Positions 41,280-58,855 of a stretch of 64,000 nt of DNA are shown one piece after another (position 1 is the first letter of the stretch; every line of letters begins with the position of its first letter). Below the pieces are notes generated by a model, which did not search any database, was not told the origin of the DNA, and saw nothing but the letters and a program-made list of their open reading frames with translations. The translations under genes and the position numbers were made by a program. Origin of the DNA: the human T2T-CHM13v2.0 reference genome, Homo sapiens; the NCBI RefSeq assembly GCF_009914755.1, contig NC_060926.1. One strand, 5' to 3'.

Positions 41280-42462
41280 ATTTGTGTGTATATATACAGA
41301 CACTCTGATACACATGCACAAACATTTTCAAGTAATTGGTGAATCTTTTAAGCTTGATTAAAATATTTGCAGTTTCAGGGAATGTAGTCAGATAATTTGA
41401 TCTGCATTATTTCTGCTTCTCCTAATAAACTTCGTTCTTCTTATAGATCATTATCTCACCAATTTGACAAACTATGTGTTCTTCAAATGCAAGGAAAATC
41501 TGCTTTTAGCGTTGGAAGCACAATATATTTTATCAACTATGCTAGTCAAATTTCCATGCTACCATTATCTTAATTATAATAATCCAAATCTCCATGTTGT
41601 CAAATTCGTCATGTTCTGTCCAAAGCTGGGAACATTGTATTAAAATCTATTATGACAACGTTTTCATTTTTATCTGCCTGCCAATTTTTGCTTAATATAT
41701 TTGGATGTTATATTATTTGACTCATAAAGGTTCATGGCTGATATATCTTTTATGAAACTTTTATCAATATAAAACAACTCTCTTTTATTCTATTTTATGC
41801 TTTTTGTCTTGAAGCCTACATTGTCCAAAGTTAACACTGTCACTTTTACTTAAATTTAATTTGTGCTCTCTAGATTCCTCCTCTCCGGGCAGGGCATCTC
41901 TGAAAGAAAGGCAGCAGCCCCAGGCAGGGCCTTATAGATAAAACTCCTATCTCCCTGGGACACAGCACCTGGGGGGAGGGACAGCTGTGGGCGCAGCTTC
42001 AGCAGACTTAAATATTCCTGTCTGCTGACTCTGAAGAGAGCAGCGGATCTTCCAGCATGGTGCTCAAGCTCTGCTAAGGGACAGACTGCCTCCTCAAGTG
42101 GGTCCCTGACCCCCGTGCTTCCTGACTAGGAGATACCTCCCAGCAGGGGTTAACAGACACCTCATACAGGAGAGCTCTGGCTGGCGTCTGGCAGGTGCCC
42201 CTCTGGGAGAAACTTTCCAGAGAAAGAAACAGGCAGCAATCTCTGTTGTTCTGCAGCCTCTGCTGGTGGTACCCAGGTAAACAGGGTCTGGAGTGGACCC
42301 CAGCAAACTCCAGCAGACCTGCAGCAGAGGGGCCTGACTGTTAGAAGGAAAACTAACCAAACAGAAAGGAATAGCATCAACATCAACAAAAAGGACATCC
42401 CCACAAAAACTCCATCTGAAGGTCACCAACATCAAAGACCAAAGGTAGATAAATCCATGAAG

Positions 42463-43486
42463 ACGAGGAAAAGCCAGTGCAAAAAAGCTGAAAATTCCAA
42501 AACCAGAATGCTTATTCTCCTCCAAAGGATCACAACTCCTTGCCGGCAAGGGAAGAAAACTGGACAGAGAATGAGTTTGATGAGTTGGCAGAAGTAGGCT
42601 TCAGAAGGTGGGTAATGACAAACTCCTCTGAGCTAAAGGAGCATATTCTAATTCAATGTAGGGAAGCTAAAAACCTTGAAAAAAGGTTAGAGGAATTGCT
42701 AACTAAAATAACCAGTTTAGAGAAGAATATAAATGACCTGATGAAGCTGAAAAATACAGCATGAGAACTTCGTGAAACATACACAAGTATCAATAGCTGA
42801 ATTGATCAACTGGAAGAAAGGATATCAGAGATTGAAGATCAACTTAATGAAATAAAGCATGAAGACAAGATTAGAGAAAAAAGATGAAAAGGAATGAACA
42901 AAGCCTCCAGGAAATATGGTACTATGTGAAAAGACTAAACCTATGTTTGATTGGTGTACCTTAAAGTGATGGGGAGAATGGAACCAAGTTGAAAAACACT
43001 CCTCAGGATGTTAACCAGGAGAACTTCCCCAACCTAGCAAGAGAGGCCAACATTCAAATTTAGGAAATACGGAGAACACCACAAAGATACTCCTTTAGAA
43101 AAGCAACCCCAAGACACATAATCATCAGATTCACCAAAGTTGAAATGAAGGAAAAAACGTTAAGGGCAGCCAGAGAGAAAGGTTGGGTTTCCCACAAAAG
43201 GAAGCCCATCAGACTAACAGTGGTTTTCTCTGCAGAAACCCTACAAGCCAGAAGAGAGTGAGGGCCAATACTCAACATTATTAAAGAAAAGAATTTTCAA
43301 CCCAGAATTTCATATCCAGTCAAACTAAGGTTTATAAGCAAAGGAGAAATAAAATTCTTTACAGACAAGCAAATCTTGAGAGATTTTGTCACCACCAGGC
43401 CTGCCTTACAAGAGCTTCTGAAGGAAGCACTAAATATGGAAAGGAAAAGCTGATACCAGCCACTGCAAAAACATACCAAATTATGA
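42463..43486 (+). pseudogene. Disrupted L1 ORF1p
   Basis: Start codon appears as ACG; ORF piece ENEFDELAEVGFRRWV...KNLEKRLEELL; several stops and frameshifts. Confidence 0.9.
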
Positions 43487-43549
43487 AGACCATCGACACC
43501 ATGAAGAAACTGCATCAACTAAGAGGCAAAATAATGAGCTAGCATCATA

Positions 43550-47362
<3,813 letters not shown>

Positions 47363-49259
47363 ACTATGAAAACACATGGACACAGGGAGGGGTACATCAC
47401 ACATTGGGCCTTGTCAGGGGGTGGGGGGCTAGGGGAAGGATAGCATTAGGAGAAATACCTAATGTAGATGACAGGTTGATGGGTGCAGCAAAGCACCATG
47501 GCACGTGTATACCTATGTAACAATCGTGGGCATTCTGCACGTTTCCCATAACTTAAAGTATAAAAAAATTAATTTGTACTTGGTTGAGAAATCTCTAGTC
47601 ATTCTTTCATTTTAAACATGTATGTGCACTTTTAAATTAGAGATATTATAGTAGCAGCACATTGAATGTGTCTTTTTACTCAATCTTCTGGTAGACTTTC
47701 TGCTATTTCTGAGTTTTTCAAAACTGATGTTTGAGTTTCTCTCTTTTCCTTGTGTGTATTTATCTCCCTTTTATGTTTTATTTCTTTTCCTTCAATTTTT
47801 GTATTTTTAAATTTTTTGCTACCTTTGTTTTGGTGATTGTTTTTGAATGGTCTATGCTTTCATGTTTTCTATTGATTAGGAAAGTAAGAATCTGAATATT
47901 TATTCCACTCACTTTCCAAAATATCCAGCCTCTATTTTTTTATATGAAAGTTAAGAAACAATAACTTTTGTTTATTCACAAGGAAAGTGTTGACATTCCC
48001 TGCTCCCAAACCTCCCAGTCCCTCTTATTTATATGAAAAGTGGTGCTGGACTCAGAATCAGCTTGATATTATTAAATTATTTTTGCTTCAGATCTATTCT
48101 TTTACAAGATTTATTTTTGACATTTGAAATTAGATTTGAAAATGTATTTATGATTGGTATTTAGGCCTAATACTTATGTTTATTTATTTCAGGGTTCATC
48201 GCTAAGATTTATATTCTAACTTTCCAAAATTTAAATTTGCAAATTAAATTTTAATTTGAGTATTAGTAGTCTTTTCTTTCCAATCTATTTTCCTTTCACC
48301 TCAGATTGTTCTTTCTTTATGACATCTTGAGGATGCCCAAGAGTTTTCTAAAGTTGTTTTCCTGATTCCTATAAAACCAAGAAATATCGAAAACTTCTAA
48401 ATGGTACTCTTTGCTTATAGCCATATGTAACCACAGGTCTCTTGTTTATTTACATTCACTCAAATAACAACTTTTTCCAATTCATTGTTGTTAATTTGTC
48501 CTCCTTGCACCTTTTCCCACATACTATTGGGTAAGTTGATGTGTTCACCTTCCTTTCTAATTTCCAGGGACCAGGGATCATTTACATACTGTGGTCTTGC
48601 ATTACTGCGATGAAATCTTCCACCACTCCCACCACCCACTACAAGAGATGGAATTAATTGAAACTACAGCCTTCAAGAGACATTTGGAGCAATACTCTTC
48701 CAGTTCTTTCTTCCACATTGTATTTGTGGGTACAGCGTCTCCCAGGATGTAGTGTGCTGTAATTATTCTTCCACCCTTTTATTTTCTGGGAGTTTCTCTA
48801 TCTGAATAGCACAGAAATATTAGTGGATAGGAAGGGAATATAATATTCTATCCATCTGAAAATTAACACCCATGTTGAACAGAATCCCTGTTCAGTTTCC
48901 TGTTTACTACAGGGTCCAAATCTCTGAGCTGAGCTGTGCAGCAGATAATAGGAGAAGAAAAAAAGATACCTGCTCCTCTTTCAAGGACGTGGACTTTTCT
49001 GTTTTGTGAAGTGATACTTGGATAGGCTACTGGATATTTTCTCATTCTTGACTCATCAACCTTATAATTGGTCTAAGTTTTTCCCAAATTTGTAGCTCTG
49101 GATTTCCTGTCACTCCTAGTTTTCTGTGTTAAAGTTTTCCATTTTGATATGTATGATATTGACAACTGGGAGAGGCAGTGCCCAGGGGATGGTAGCCAGA
49201 TGCCATTTTGTACCAGAAGTCTTTTATTATCTACATTTAATGGTTATAAATAATGAATG

Positions 49260-49900
49260 CCTTTGTTGGGAGTACTTTCATTTACTCATTCCAACAAACT
49301 CTTAGACCAATTTTCCTTGAGATCAATTAAATTCAATCCCTCCTGTATGCCAGACTTTAAAAAAATGCCCAATACTAAGTAGAATAAAAAATGTCTTTTG
49401 CTTCAGAGTAGTATGATTAGGACTATAACAGAGTTGGGTTGAAAGGTCTATAGTACACCAGAGTCAAGACTACGTTTGTCCTTGGGAAATTGGAAAGGCT
49501 ACTGGAGAATATGAAACTTCAGTGAATCTTGGGGTATCACTGGATATTTAGAAGCTGGGTTGAGGGGCCAGGGGATCCTTGGCAGAAAGAAAAGCATAGT
49601 GACATGAGAGTGCATCATGAGATCAGGAAGTCATGATAGGTTGTAGGCAATTAAGCTGAAGAGGTTTATAAGGCCCTTATTTGTGTGGATAGTGGACAGG
49701 TGCTGGGAATGATGGATGGCAGGAAGATCTGATACTAGAGCAGTTAAAATTATCTAGGCAAGTGAGATGGGGAAATGAAGTCAAACAGCAGCAGCAGGGA
49801 TGGAGGGAAAGTGACAAGTTTATGAGTCTAAACTGGAGAGAGAGAGGATGAGGGAAGAAGAATGTAGAATTTGAAGATTGTTTGGTTCTTCTGGTCTTCC
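49260..49900 (-). mobile_element. L2 fragment
   Basis: Purine-rich antisense L2 motifs (TCTAGGCAAGTGAGATGG...GCAGGGATGGAGGGAAAGTG). Confidence 0.55.
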
Positions 49901-52552
49901 AATTATGTTCAAGTATATGTGAGATGCAATGGTCAAAGTAATAGGTACATAATAAATAAACCATTTCTGTTTTCAGCATCTGTAGATCAAACTTTAGCTT
50001 GCCTTAGTTTATCATTCGTGTGTTTAGACTATGATCAAATAAATATATTCATTTTCACACTCTATTTTTAGTGGTACTAATATATTTTTTGTGACGCAAA
50101 ATAGTCACATTCCTAGTGATGGGAAAACTAATGCATAAATGGATTTGGCATAAATCTTGAGGAATCCCTGAGAGATCTGGTTGGATAATGAGTCCTATTT
50201 TTGATTTTCAATCAAATATTCTTTCCACTAGAATTATCTGCTTTCTTGCTCAAAAAGAGTCAACTAACTATCTGAAAACTAATGATAATTTGCAAGTTAC
50301 AAGAAAGCCATTTTCTACCTTTGTTATACTTGTAATAAATCCTAGGTCCAATGAATATGTTTTTAAATATGTTTCAAATAGGTATTACTAAAGTAAACCA
50401 TAAGAGAGACAAAGTAGAATTATTTCCCTCAAGTTTTTGGGAAAGTAATATTCTGTTCAGAGAATCAAATGGCATTATCCAAATGAAAGTATTATTTATC
50501 CCTCAAAGGAATTTCTACCTATTACTCACAATTTAGTTAGGTAGATTTTCTTCTCATGTTTGAGTTTCTTTTCCAAAATCATTTATCTTTTATTCAGTTG
50601 AAAAATACATATATATTCTTAAGCGGTATTATTGAGAAGTTTTCCACTAATGGGGGAGTAAAGAATAAAACAAAAAAATTAATACATGCTAGAATTGCTC
50701 AAACAACTTCAAGTACCCATCTTATAAACCCATAATACATTTATAGGTTTTTGAAATTGAGAAAGAAATCTCCATTTGCTCTAGTCAAATAATTTTTAGA
50801 GGTGCTAGAAATCATATATACATATATGTATGTATATATGTACCAGATTTAATAACTTGGCATGCATTACAAGAAATAACATTTTTCTCACATTCTTACT
50901 TTAAGGTAAAGATTTTTAAAAAAATACTTTAGTGAATTGAGATAGTCACTCTAGAAATTAATGCTAAAATGTTTAGTGATGCACTTGTACTAATTTAAAA
51001 ACATAACTTGTTAACCATTATATAGTATTTGTTTCCAAACATTTAAAAAACTCTAATAAAGATTCTAACACAATTGTAATCAGCTACAATCAATATGCAG
51101 GAGCTGGTTTTCATTTTCCACTTTGCACTGAGAGGCAGTTCTTAAAGTGCTGAAGACCTAGCTGTACTTGAAAATGGCTGAGATTTAGTTGTGCTTAGAT
51201 CTCTTATATTCCTCCTCAACTTTCAAGACATGCTTTCATTTGATAAGGATGCTTTGGAATCTGAATTTTAACATGTAGCTGTGATGCATTTCAGCATGCA
51301 AATATACACACTGTATATTATTTTGCTTTTACAGTAATTATTTTCATTTATGAAATTCTAAATTCGATGTTAAATATTGAATATTTTGGTTAAGTGACAG
51401 CTTGTGCTAGCTTTAGGATATTCCTGCTTGATAATTATTCATGAGAAGAACAGCTGAAAACAAACTAGTTATACACCTTGGCAAATTACTGTGATTGTAA
51501 TTCTGTGAAATTTCCCCATGGCCATGTGACTTTATTATAAGTACTCTAACAGTGCAGATGTCCAGAATGTTGTCGTTGTCACAAATGTTATTCCTATATT
51601 CAAAGTTTTTGAATTACTCTTAACTGCTTCAGAGAAAACGTGACAAAGGAGATGAGACATGCAATATGTATGATAGAACATATGCAGCTCTCTTCAGTGC
51701 CTGTCCTCCCTTGGTTTGGAGTGGGCATGGTGCTTACATCCCTTATTCCTGCAAAATAAGGAAGCAGTGGCATTTTTGTGAAATCTAGATATGATGAAAA
51801 CATTTCCTATTAAATGTTAAGAAAAAAGTAGCCCCAATTTATCATTCGTCAAAAAATTTCTGTCGAAAATCAAATGTTATTTCCCTACTCTCCTTCTCCC
51901 TTTCAGTTCCTTCCCCATATGGTTCCTGAAATGTTCCTCCATTTAAATGGATTTTAAAGCTCATTCCTTATAGTTCCTAGAGCATTCATTGCTTTTGAGA
52001 AAAAAAGAAAAACATTTTAGCATGTGCTATTTTTGTTATTCTAATTAGCAAAAACAGCTGGTCCTGTGCAGCTCAGACTGTAGTCTTTTTCAACACATTG
52101 TTCAGATTTTTTTTCTTCTTCTTCTGTCAAGCTACAGGCTACCACCTCTCCTCTTCCCACACAAATCAACCCCCAAAACACCTGCACACACAACCTTAAA
52201 TATCACCTACATCTGCCATGAAAGGAAAAGGGAAACAGCCTCCCCTTCCTGGTGGCTGGGCAGGGCACATGTACCAAATTATACAGAAGGTGAACTAAAG
52301 TCATTCTTAAGGTTCTCACTACTTCACTGATTTTCCATTCACCCAGCATATGTTTCTGTCGTCTCAAAAAGTGCATCTGTCTTATAGTTTTTTGTTTTCT
52401 TTCTTTTTTCTCAACCCCCTCTGGCACATAGGAGTAGCCTCTTGCAGAATCAGAGATTGAAAAATTGGATAATCAAAACTTACTCACAATTTGGTATCTA
52501 TCAAAGGCATGTGACTGCCAATGATCATTGGAGCTGATCAAAGTCACACTCT

Positions 52553-52566
52553 GTTACCATGGCAAC
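52553..52566. promoter_or_regulatory. RFX X-box motif GTTACCATGGCAAC
   Basis: Matches the GTTRCCATGGYAAC consensus in non-repeat sequence; binding not demonstrated. Confidence 0.6.
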
Positions 52567-53559
52567 GAATCCCCATCTTGTTTATATGGAGGGGTACGCA
52601 CCACAGGAGAATAATGTTGAGATGAATTAAATTTGTGTTGTTGAGAAATTAACATGTGGGATGTTTAGGGGTGAGTTGAATGGGTGTTTATCAGTGTGCT
52701 TTTTTTTTTTTTGTAAATGGAGGTGGTGGGGACAAAACATGACATATAGAGGGTGTCATTATAAAAGAATCCAGTAAAACACTGAAATGTTCCATAAGTG
52801 CATTTTTAGATGGGATCCAGATATGAGGAAATAGTCTTTATTTGGTTTTGTCACTGACATATTTCATGAGCTTGTCTTTCCAAGCTCTTCAGCTATTCTT
52901 CCCTTTTCCAAATTTAAAAAGGATTGCAATGGTGTGTGTCTTTCAAGTTTTATATTTGTTTATTTATTGAGCTGGAAACAATTCTTAATCTTGTACCATT
53001 AATCTTTTAGGGAAGATGTAGTATGGCTAGTATATTTTAATTTTCAGTGATTTGAGACCTCCCCTAGCCAAATTTTGGGTTTGCATAAAGCTCTTTGTGT
53101 TTTTAGTTTATAAGATATTATCTGATCATGAGGGTTGTAAGTCATTACACAATTTTCCAATGATTTTTTTGGCACCTTTTAATGTTTTAAATTTTTCAGA
53201 ATAAATTAGAGTATCTTCTTCAAAGGAAATACAATACACATGGGATATTTTAACTTTTTGTCATGTTCAAATACTAGCTCTCCTTGCCATGTCCCCCATT
53301 CTTTACCTAGGCACTGTTTTCCTGCTATTTTATCTCTCTTATCCTTCCACGTCATTCACCATCCATGTCAAATGCTTGCACTATAACCTCTATCCAATGT
53401 GGAACTATCATTTTCCTCTTCTCCAGCAGCCACCAGGAATCATTGACTCATATTTTCTGAAATAAACAAGACTATCATATGTCCAAATATTAGTTCCCAT
53501 TGCACTTGTTATTTTAGCCTTCTACCTTTTTATACTTCTCTTATTATTATTCAAAATAC

Positions 53560-54110
53560 GAGTTCCACAAATATTTGAAGTGACTGCCTCTTTCAAGACT
53601 GTGCTGTCATGTAAGATATGATCCCATTCTGGGAGTTTGAAATCTTATGAGAAAGAGGGAGAAACCAACACTCACTGACAGTCTCCTATGTGTCAGTGCC
53701 CCTGCACAGCACTTGATGCATTTGTAGCTTGTTCAATCTTTACATACACTAGAGGAGGTGAGTAATACCCTCATTATTCAAGTGAAGAAACTAAGTCATG
53801 GGGAGGTTAAGCAACTTGCTTAAGAACATGAAATGGAAGTCCACCCCTAATATTTGAAGTGCTTTATTTCAAGATTCTTGTTACTTTGTTTGCTTTTTCT
53901 AGGCTACATTGGGTGATAAAACATATACACATAAATACCATACAAGATGCAGCGAAATGAGTGTTACGTGAATGTCAATGGCAATATCTTCTTCAGAAGT
54001 GAAAGATGAGGAATAAATTCCTTCTAACCAGAATGTCAGGAATTAATTCTGAGGAGGAGGTAGCATTAGACAAGGCTGTGAGAAGGGTGGCACTTATTAG
54101 GTAAAGATGG
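53560..54110 (-). mobile_element. L2 3' fragment, interrupted by MIR
   Basis: CAAATATTTGAAGTGACT tail-like start; TTCTGAGGAGGAGGTAGCATT. Confidence 0.5.
53665..53900 (-). mobile_element. MIR
   Basis: CCTATGTGTCAG...GTGAAGAAACTAAG...GAGGTTAAGCAACTTGCTTAAG. Confidence 0.75.
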
Positions 54111-57100
54111 AACCTAGAGGTGAGGCTGAATGACTTGCCCTCTGTCACCTAGGTTGATCACAGATGCTTATAATATTGGTGCGTAGGCCATTTAGGATGT
54201 ATGCTCAATACAAACAGATGAAATCTTTGTTTTTCATTTTTGTATCTATCTTGGCCAGTACATTTAAAATGTTCATTTATGTTTTCCAGGAGGAGGCTTG
54301 CTGCTTTCTTTTTAATACCTGAATTACTTATCAAAAATAGCTATCCTAGAATGGGATATGATGGATGATATATTTATCTTTTATTAATCTATAAGGCCCT
54401 AAGGACCCATAACCTTTGTTAGTCAAATTAAATTAAATCAATGAAGAACTAGTACAACCAGCCTTATATAATTTTCTATTGCATATGCTAATCAAGGGTG
54501 GTGATAAATTCAGACAGAACCTATTAACCACTGCTTTACTGTTTACTTCAACCCTTTCTCCTACCAAGTTGTGATGACCTGCTAACATTGAGGCAATGAG
54601 TCTTGTTTCAGATTGCTGGAAGTGTTGTTAAAAACAAAGAGAAGGGTCAGGAAATAGAAAATATGCCAAATTATCTATTGGAGAGGATTAGCCAGGAACC
54701 AAGGGATAATAGGTTTCTATACCATTCTCTTAGTTGTGTACCTATTATAAGGCAATGGTCTTGTACTTTCTCAGTTCCTCATCCCTATACTGAGAATGAT
54801 GATACTGCTCTCGTCACTAAAGTTATTAGCAAACAAGTGTTAAGTACTTCCTATGTCATTTTAAAATGGATGCATATTAATTTACTACAACAGCTTTATG
54901 GAGAAGGTAAGTTTCATAATGAAACTATCTTGCCACCCAAAGAGGTTCTATCTGTGTTTATCTTCTTAGAAAAGCAAAAGGCTGCACACTTCCTGTTGTC
55001 CTCTCCAATGGCAGTGAGTCAAGGCCTCTCTTGGAGAGCTTTGTGGCTATAGAACCTTCTATCATCAAGGTGGGAACCTGTGAGCAGCAGAGTGCTTCCA
55101 CACTGACCCTTTCTTGAAGAGGAAGATTCTTTTAGCCCGAGACTTCAGGCAAAATACATTTGGAAAAAAATGTTTCTGAAGTATATTCTTGGAGGCTTCT
55201 TCCCCGCAACCCCTTCTGAGTGTCTGAGAAATACAGGCAAAGCTGCTAAATTTAGAGGACAAAATTTTTTTACCCAAAAGTATTAAATAATCTTTCTATT
55301 TGCTGGCAAAATGTGTTTAAACCATTTAATTCATTTATTTGCTTTAAGAGGAAAAGAAAATGTGGTCAGTGCCTTCCAGGAAGTGAGTTACTCAGCTGCA
55401 AACAGTGCCTGCATTGTTGTTATGGCTGACAGGTTATCCTACTGGTGAGAAAAGGTTTTCCCACCACATTCCAAACCACCACCATCTGAGTATTTTCAGG
55501 CTGCTTCAACCTTGTCTAAAGAAGCCAGAAGAATGTCTCCTACTGCTTCAGTTTACAACTTGATGCAGACATTGGGGAATTTTGAAAACTTTCCCATCAA
55601 AATCTACAAGAGGCTGTTGTCAGGGTGAGCTGTTTAAAGATCACAGCTATTGGGTAACTGGTTAACATTGTCCCTGCCCAATACCCCACCCACTGCCCCC
55701 AGAAGAGCTTTGTAGGCTTTCGAGGTTTCAAAATGGGCCTTTAGGCTGGAAGGCAAAGTGAGGGGGATTCAGGAGCAGAGAGCTCTAGCTCAGCTTCCCT
55801 GTGTGCCATTGTGCTTGTTGGGTAAGCAGGGGTTTAATGATAAAGTCATGAACTTAGCATACGTTTTCTCCTCTGTATTGTTCCTTTCTGCAGTGTTGTC
55901 TAATTAACAAGGGCATAAGACCCTTCTCTCATCATACCAGGAGATCTGCCACAGATTTCAGCTTACTCAACTTTCACTGACTTGGTGCACATCCAAAGAG
56001 TATTGGGGCTTCAGTAATTGCTCAATTATTAAAGAATTGTTAAATAGGTTTGTGTGGAAATGGAGTTTTCTGAAATACATTTGTATCATCAGAATCTAAG
56101 CTTATGTTCTTGGGTAATTCTGTCTTCTCTTAAATTTCTGAGTGGCTTTTTCACCCAGTGCTATTTTTTTCCAGCATAGAGGAACAAATTCATAAAAGAA
56201 ATCTCAATTTGTTAAAGCCTGATATTATGCGTGTAATGACTGGATTCTACAATGAACTGACTTTTGAATTTTAGTGAGTGGTAAATGAACGGATTGGAAA
56301 CCGTTGCTTTTAGAAATGGGCTCCTTCTGTTCCTTTATTCTAAATTTCATACTAGAAGGAAAGTTATTTTGCAGGTATAGTCCTTTTGCCTGGAGGTTGA
56401 TTTTAATTTACTTGAAATGGTAGTTTCTTTTCCCTCTTTCCATTAAAGCTTTCTTTCTGTTCAAGTCTAGAGCATTGAAAAACTGTAGCAAGTATTTAGA
56501 TCCTTTGTGATTTACAGGTTTTATGTATATAGTCAACCTGTAGTCAGCCAGCAAGTATTTCCCTTCCCAGGCATGGAGAAATATTGTCTAAAAGTAAATG
56601 AAAACATCAGTGAGGGCTTAATGAATTTCATGAAGCCTTGGGAAAACAACAGACCACAGATGACTTTCCTCTTCTCTTCTCTTTTACTTTTTCTTGAATG
56701 CAAGAAACCAGATAAAATATTAGACTTATCAGAGCGTAAATAGAAGATTCTGTTTTGATTAATCCTGGTAACAAATTAGAACAGAAAGACTGACACAAAT
56801 AGACTAAAAAAATAAAATAAAATAATGAAAAAAACCCCACTTATTTTAACCTTACTCTACAAACCATCTAGAGATGGCACCTGCTCCAGTTGTTCACTGT
56901 AGGAGTTGGAAGTTGAGAGGTTAACTTCTTCCAGCCCTTTTGTAAAGGAATAGTGGTCTCCCTTTGTTTTCTTGCTGCAAATCTGTGATACGAAAATAAC
57001 ATTCCATATACCTTCAGAGGAGGAAAAGTTCACACTGACCAATTTTATTTGATTTATTATTAGAAAACTAAGGAAGTTCACACTCTTGTTTACATAGAAT

Positions 57101-57122
57101 TAATATTCAATCTTCTGTTGAG

Positions 57123-57265
57123 AGGTAGTATCATTAGCCGAAAGAACTTGCAACAGAAGGAAGTGGCTTAGAATTTTAGTCCTTTGCTCCTAGTAGCTGT
57201 ATGACCTGGTAAGATTCTGAATTCTTCTGGCCTTCACTTGTCTCATCTGTGTAACGGCAATAATA
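57123..57265 (+). mobile_element. MIR
   Basis: TAGCTGTATGACCTGGTAAG...TCTCATCTGTGTAACGG. Confidence 0.65.
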
Positions 57266-57850
57266 TTTTATGGACCTTTTGGTCCATAGAAACTGGAAAA
57301 AGATAAAGCCTTAATAATATTCCTTCTAGACATGGGTGCAGTCTTTAGGATGGACAAGTACCACTAATATTCTCAGATTTTTATCTAATAGTCAAGATTT
57401 CTCACATGCTATAATAAAATGAGGTTTCATGCTAGACAATGAAACAAGAAAGAAGTGAAAAAATTCCTAATGATAATCCCACTTTGCTTGAAAAAGCAAT
57501 TCCAAACTGTCAGAAAGACAAAAAAATGGACTTTTTTTTGACACTTGCTAAATTATTACCGTTACTGGATTAACTCTGCATGCTGCTGGTTTACTGGGTC
57601 AGATACTGCTGTCCATTTGTCTCTTTTGGGCTTCCTGGTAAATAGTATATAGAGTGAAACCTCATTAACTTCTCCAGTTATTACAGCTAAGTTTTGACTA
57701 TCCAGGGATGGGCTTGCAACATTTTTATGTACTAATCTATCAGACTAAGGGTTTAAAATAACTTATTCAACTGCCTATTGTTCCTTTTCATGTTTTTCTA
57801 CTCATAAAACCTACAACCTACACTTAAAAAACAAGAAGATACCTAATTAT

Positions 57851-58348
57851 TGTTCCAGTTGCTATGACTATATAACAAATTATTCCTAGATTCACTGACA
57901 AAAAGAAATTTACTTATTAGGTTAATTGATTCTGTGGGTCAGGGATTCAGCCAAGACATGGTGGGGACAACCTGTCTCTGATTTACAGTCTCTGGGTCCT
58001 CACCTGGAATCTTGAAAGCTGGAGACTGTAGTCATTTGAAGTTTTCTCACTGACATTCCTGGAAGTCGATGCTGACTGTAGGCTGAAACTTAACTGGGAC
58101 AGTTGACCAGAAGAACTATGTTTGACCTCTCCATGTAGTCTGGGTTTCCTCATAACATGATGAGAGAGAGGTAGGCAGAAGCTGTATTTTTTTTGACTTC
58201 AGCAGTCACATAACATCACTTCCACCCACTCAATTATTCTGAGCCTACCCAAATTCAAGGCAATTCATGGGGAATGAGGAGGTTCCAAAAGAACATGTAG
58301 GACTTCAAATATCACTGTAGTCATTTATGGAAAATGCAGTCTACTACA
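57851..58348 (-). mobile_element. MLT1G-like ERVL-MaLR solo LTR
   Basis: GATTCTGTGGGTCAGGGATTCAG, CCTCTCCATGT...CCTCATAACATG, end GGAAAATGCAGTCTACTACA; TSD ATTAT/ATTAC. Confidence 0.8.
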
Positions 58349-58855
58349 ATTACCTTCCCCTCAACATTGAGATGTTGTAAAATATACAACTAAGTAAATA
58401 TCCACAGCAAAAAAAATAACTACTATTAAGTGGATGCCTTGCTTCTATTCATGAGGGAAGGCTGTTTCTCTTGGGGAGAAAGGAAGAGGAAATAGTTTTA
58501 AGCAGAAAGTCATCTGTAACAATTTAACTAGATGACTTGTGATTTCTAAAATAATAAATTATTTCCCAGTTAAATACAAATACCAAATCCACATTGGAAA
58601 ATCACATTTAAATGTTTTTAGATGGATTGTTCTTCTAGATTATCCAGGATCTCAGCACTACTTCATTGGACTGGTTATTCTAGTTGCTTATTTCTCTTCT
58701 TCTAGTTCCCCAGGATTAAAGTTGGTAGTGGTAATGGTGTTTTCAAAGGAAAAAAAAATGTGATGGACATATTCCACCTGTAGTAAGACTTCTAATCATC
58801 TACTAATGCTTGAGAGTGTTCAGTGAGATCAGAAATAATCTTTGGATCATTAACT

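Noticed and set aside
47417-47440. G-quadruplex-like G runs
   Set aside because: Standard L1 3'UTR G-rich tract.
56864-56880. CTCF-like AGATGGCAC core (also near 39092-39106)
   Set aside because: Only the 3' half of the motif matches; unsupported without ChIP data.
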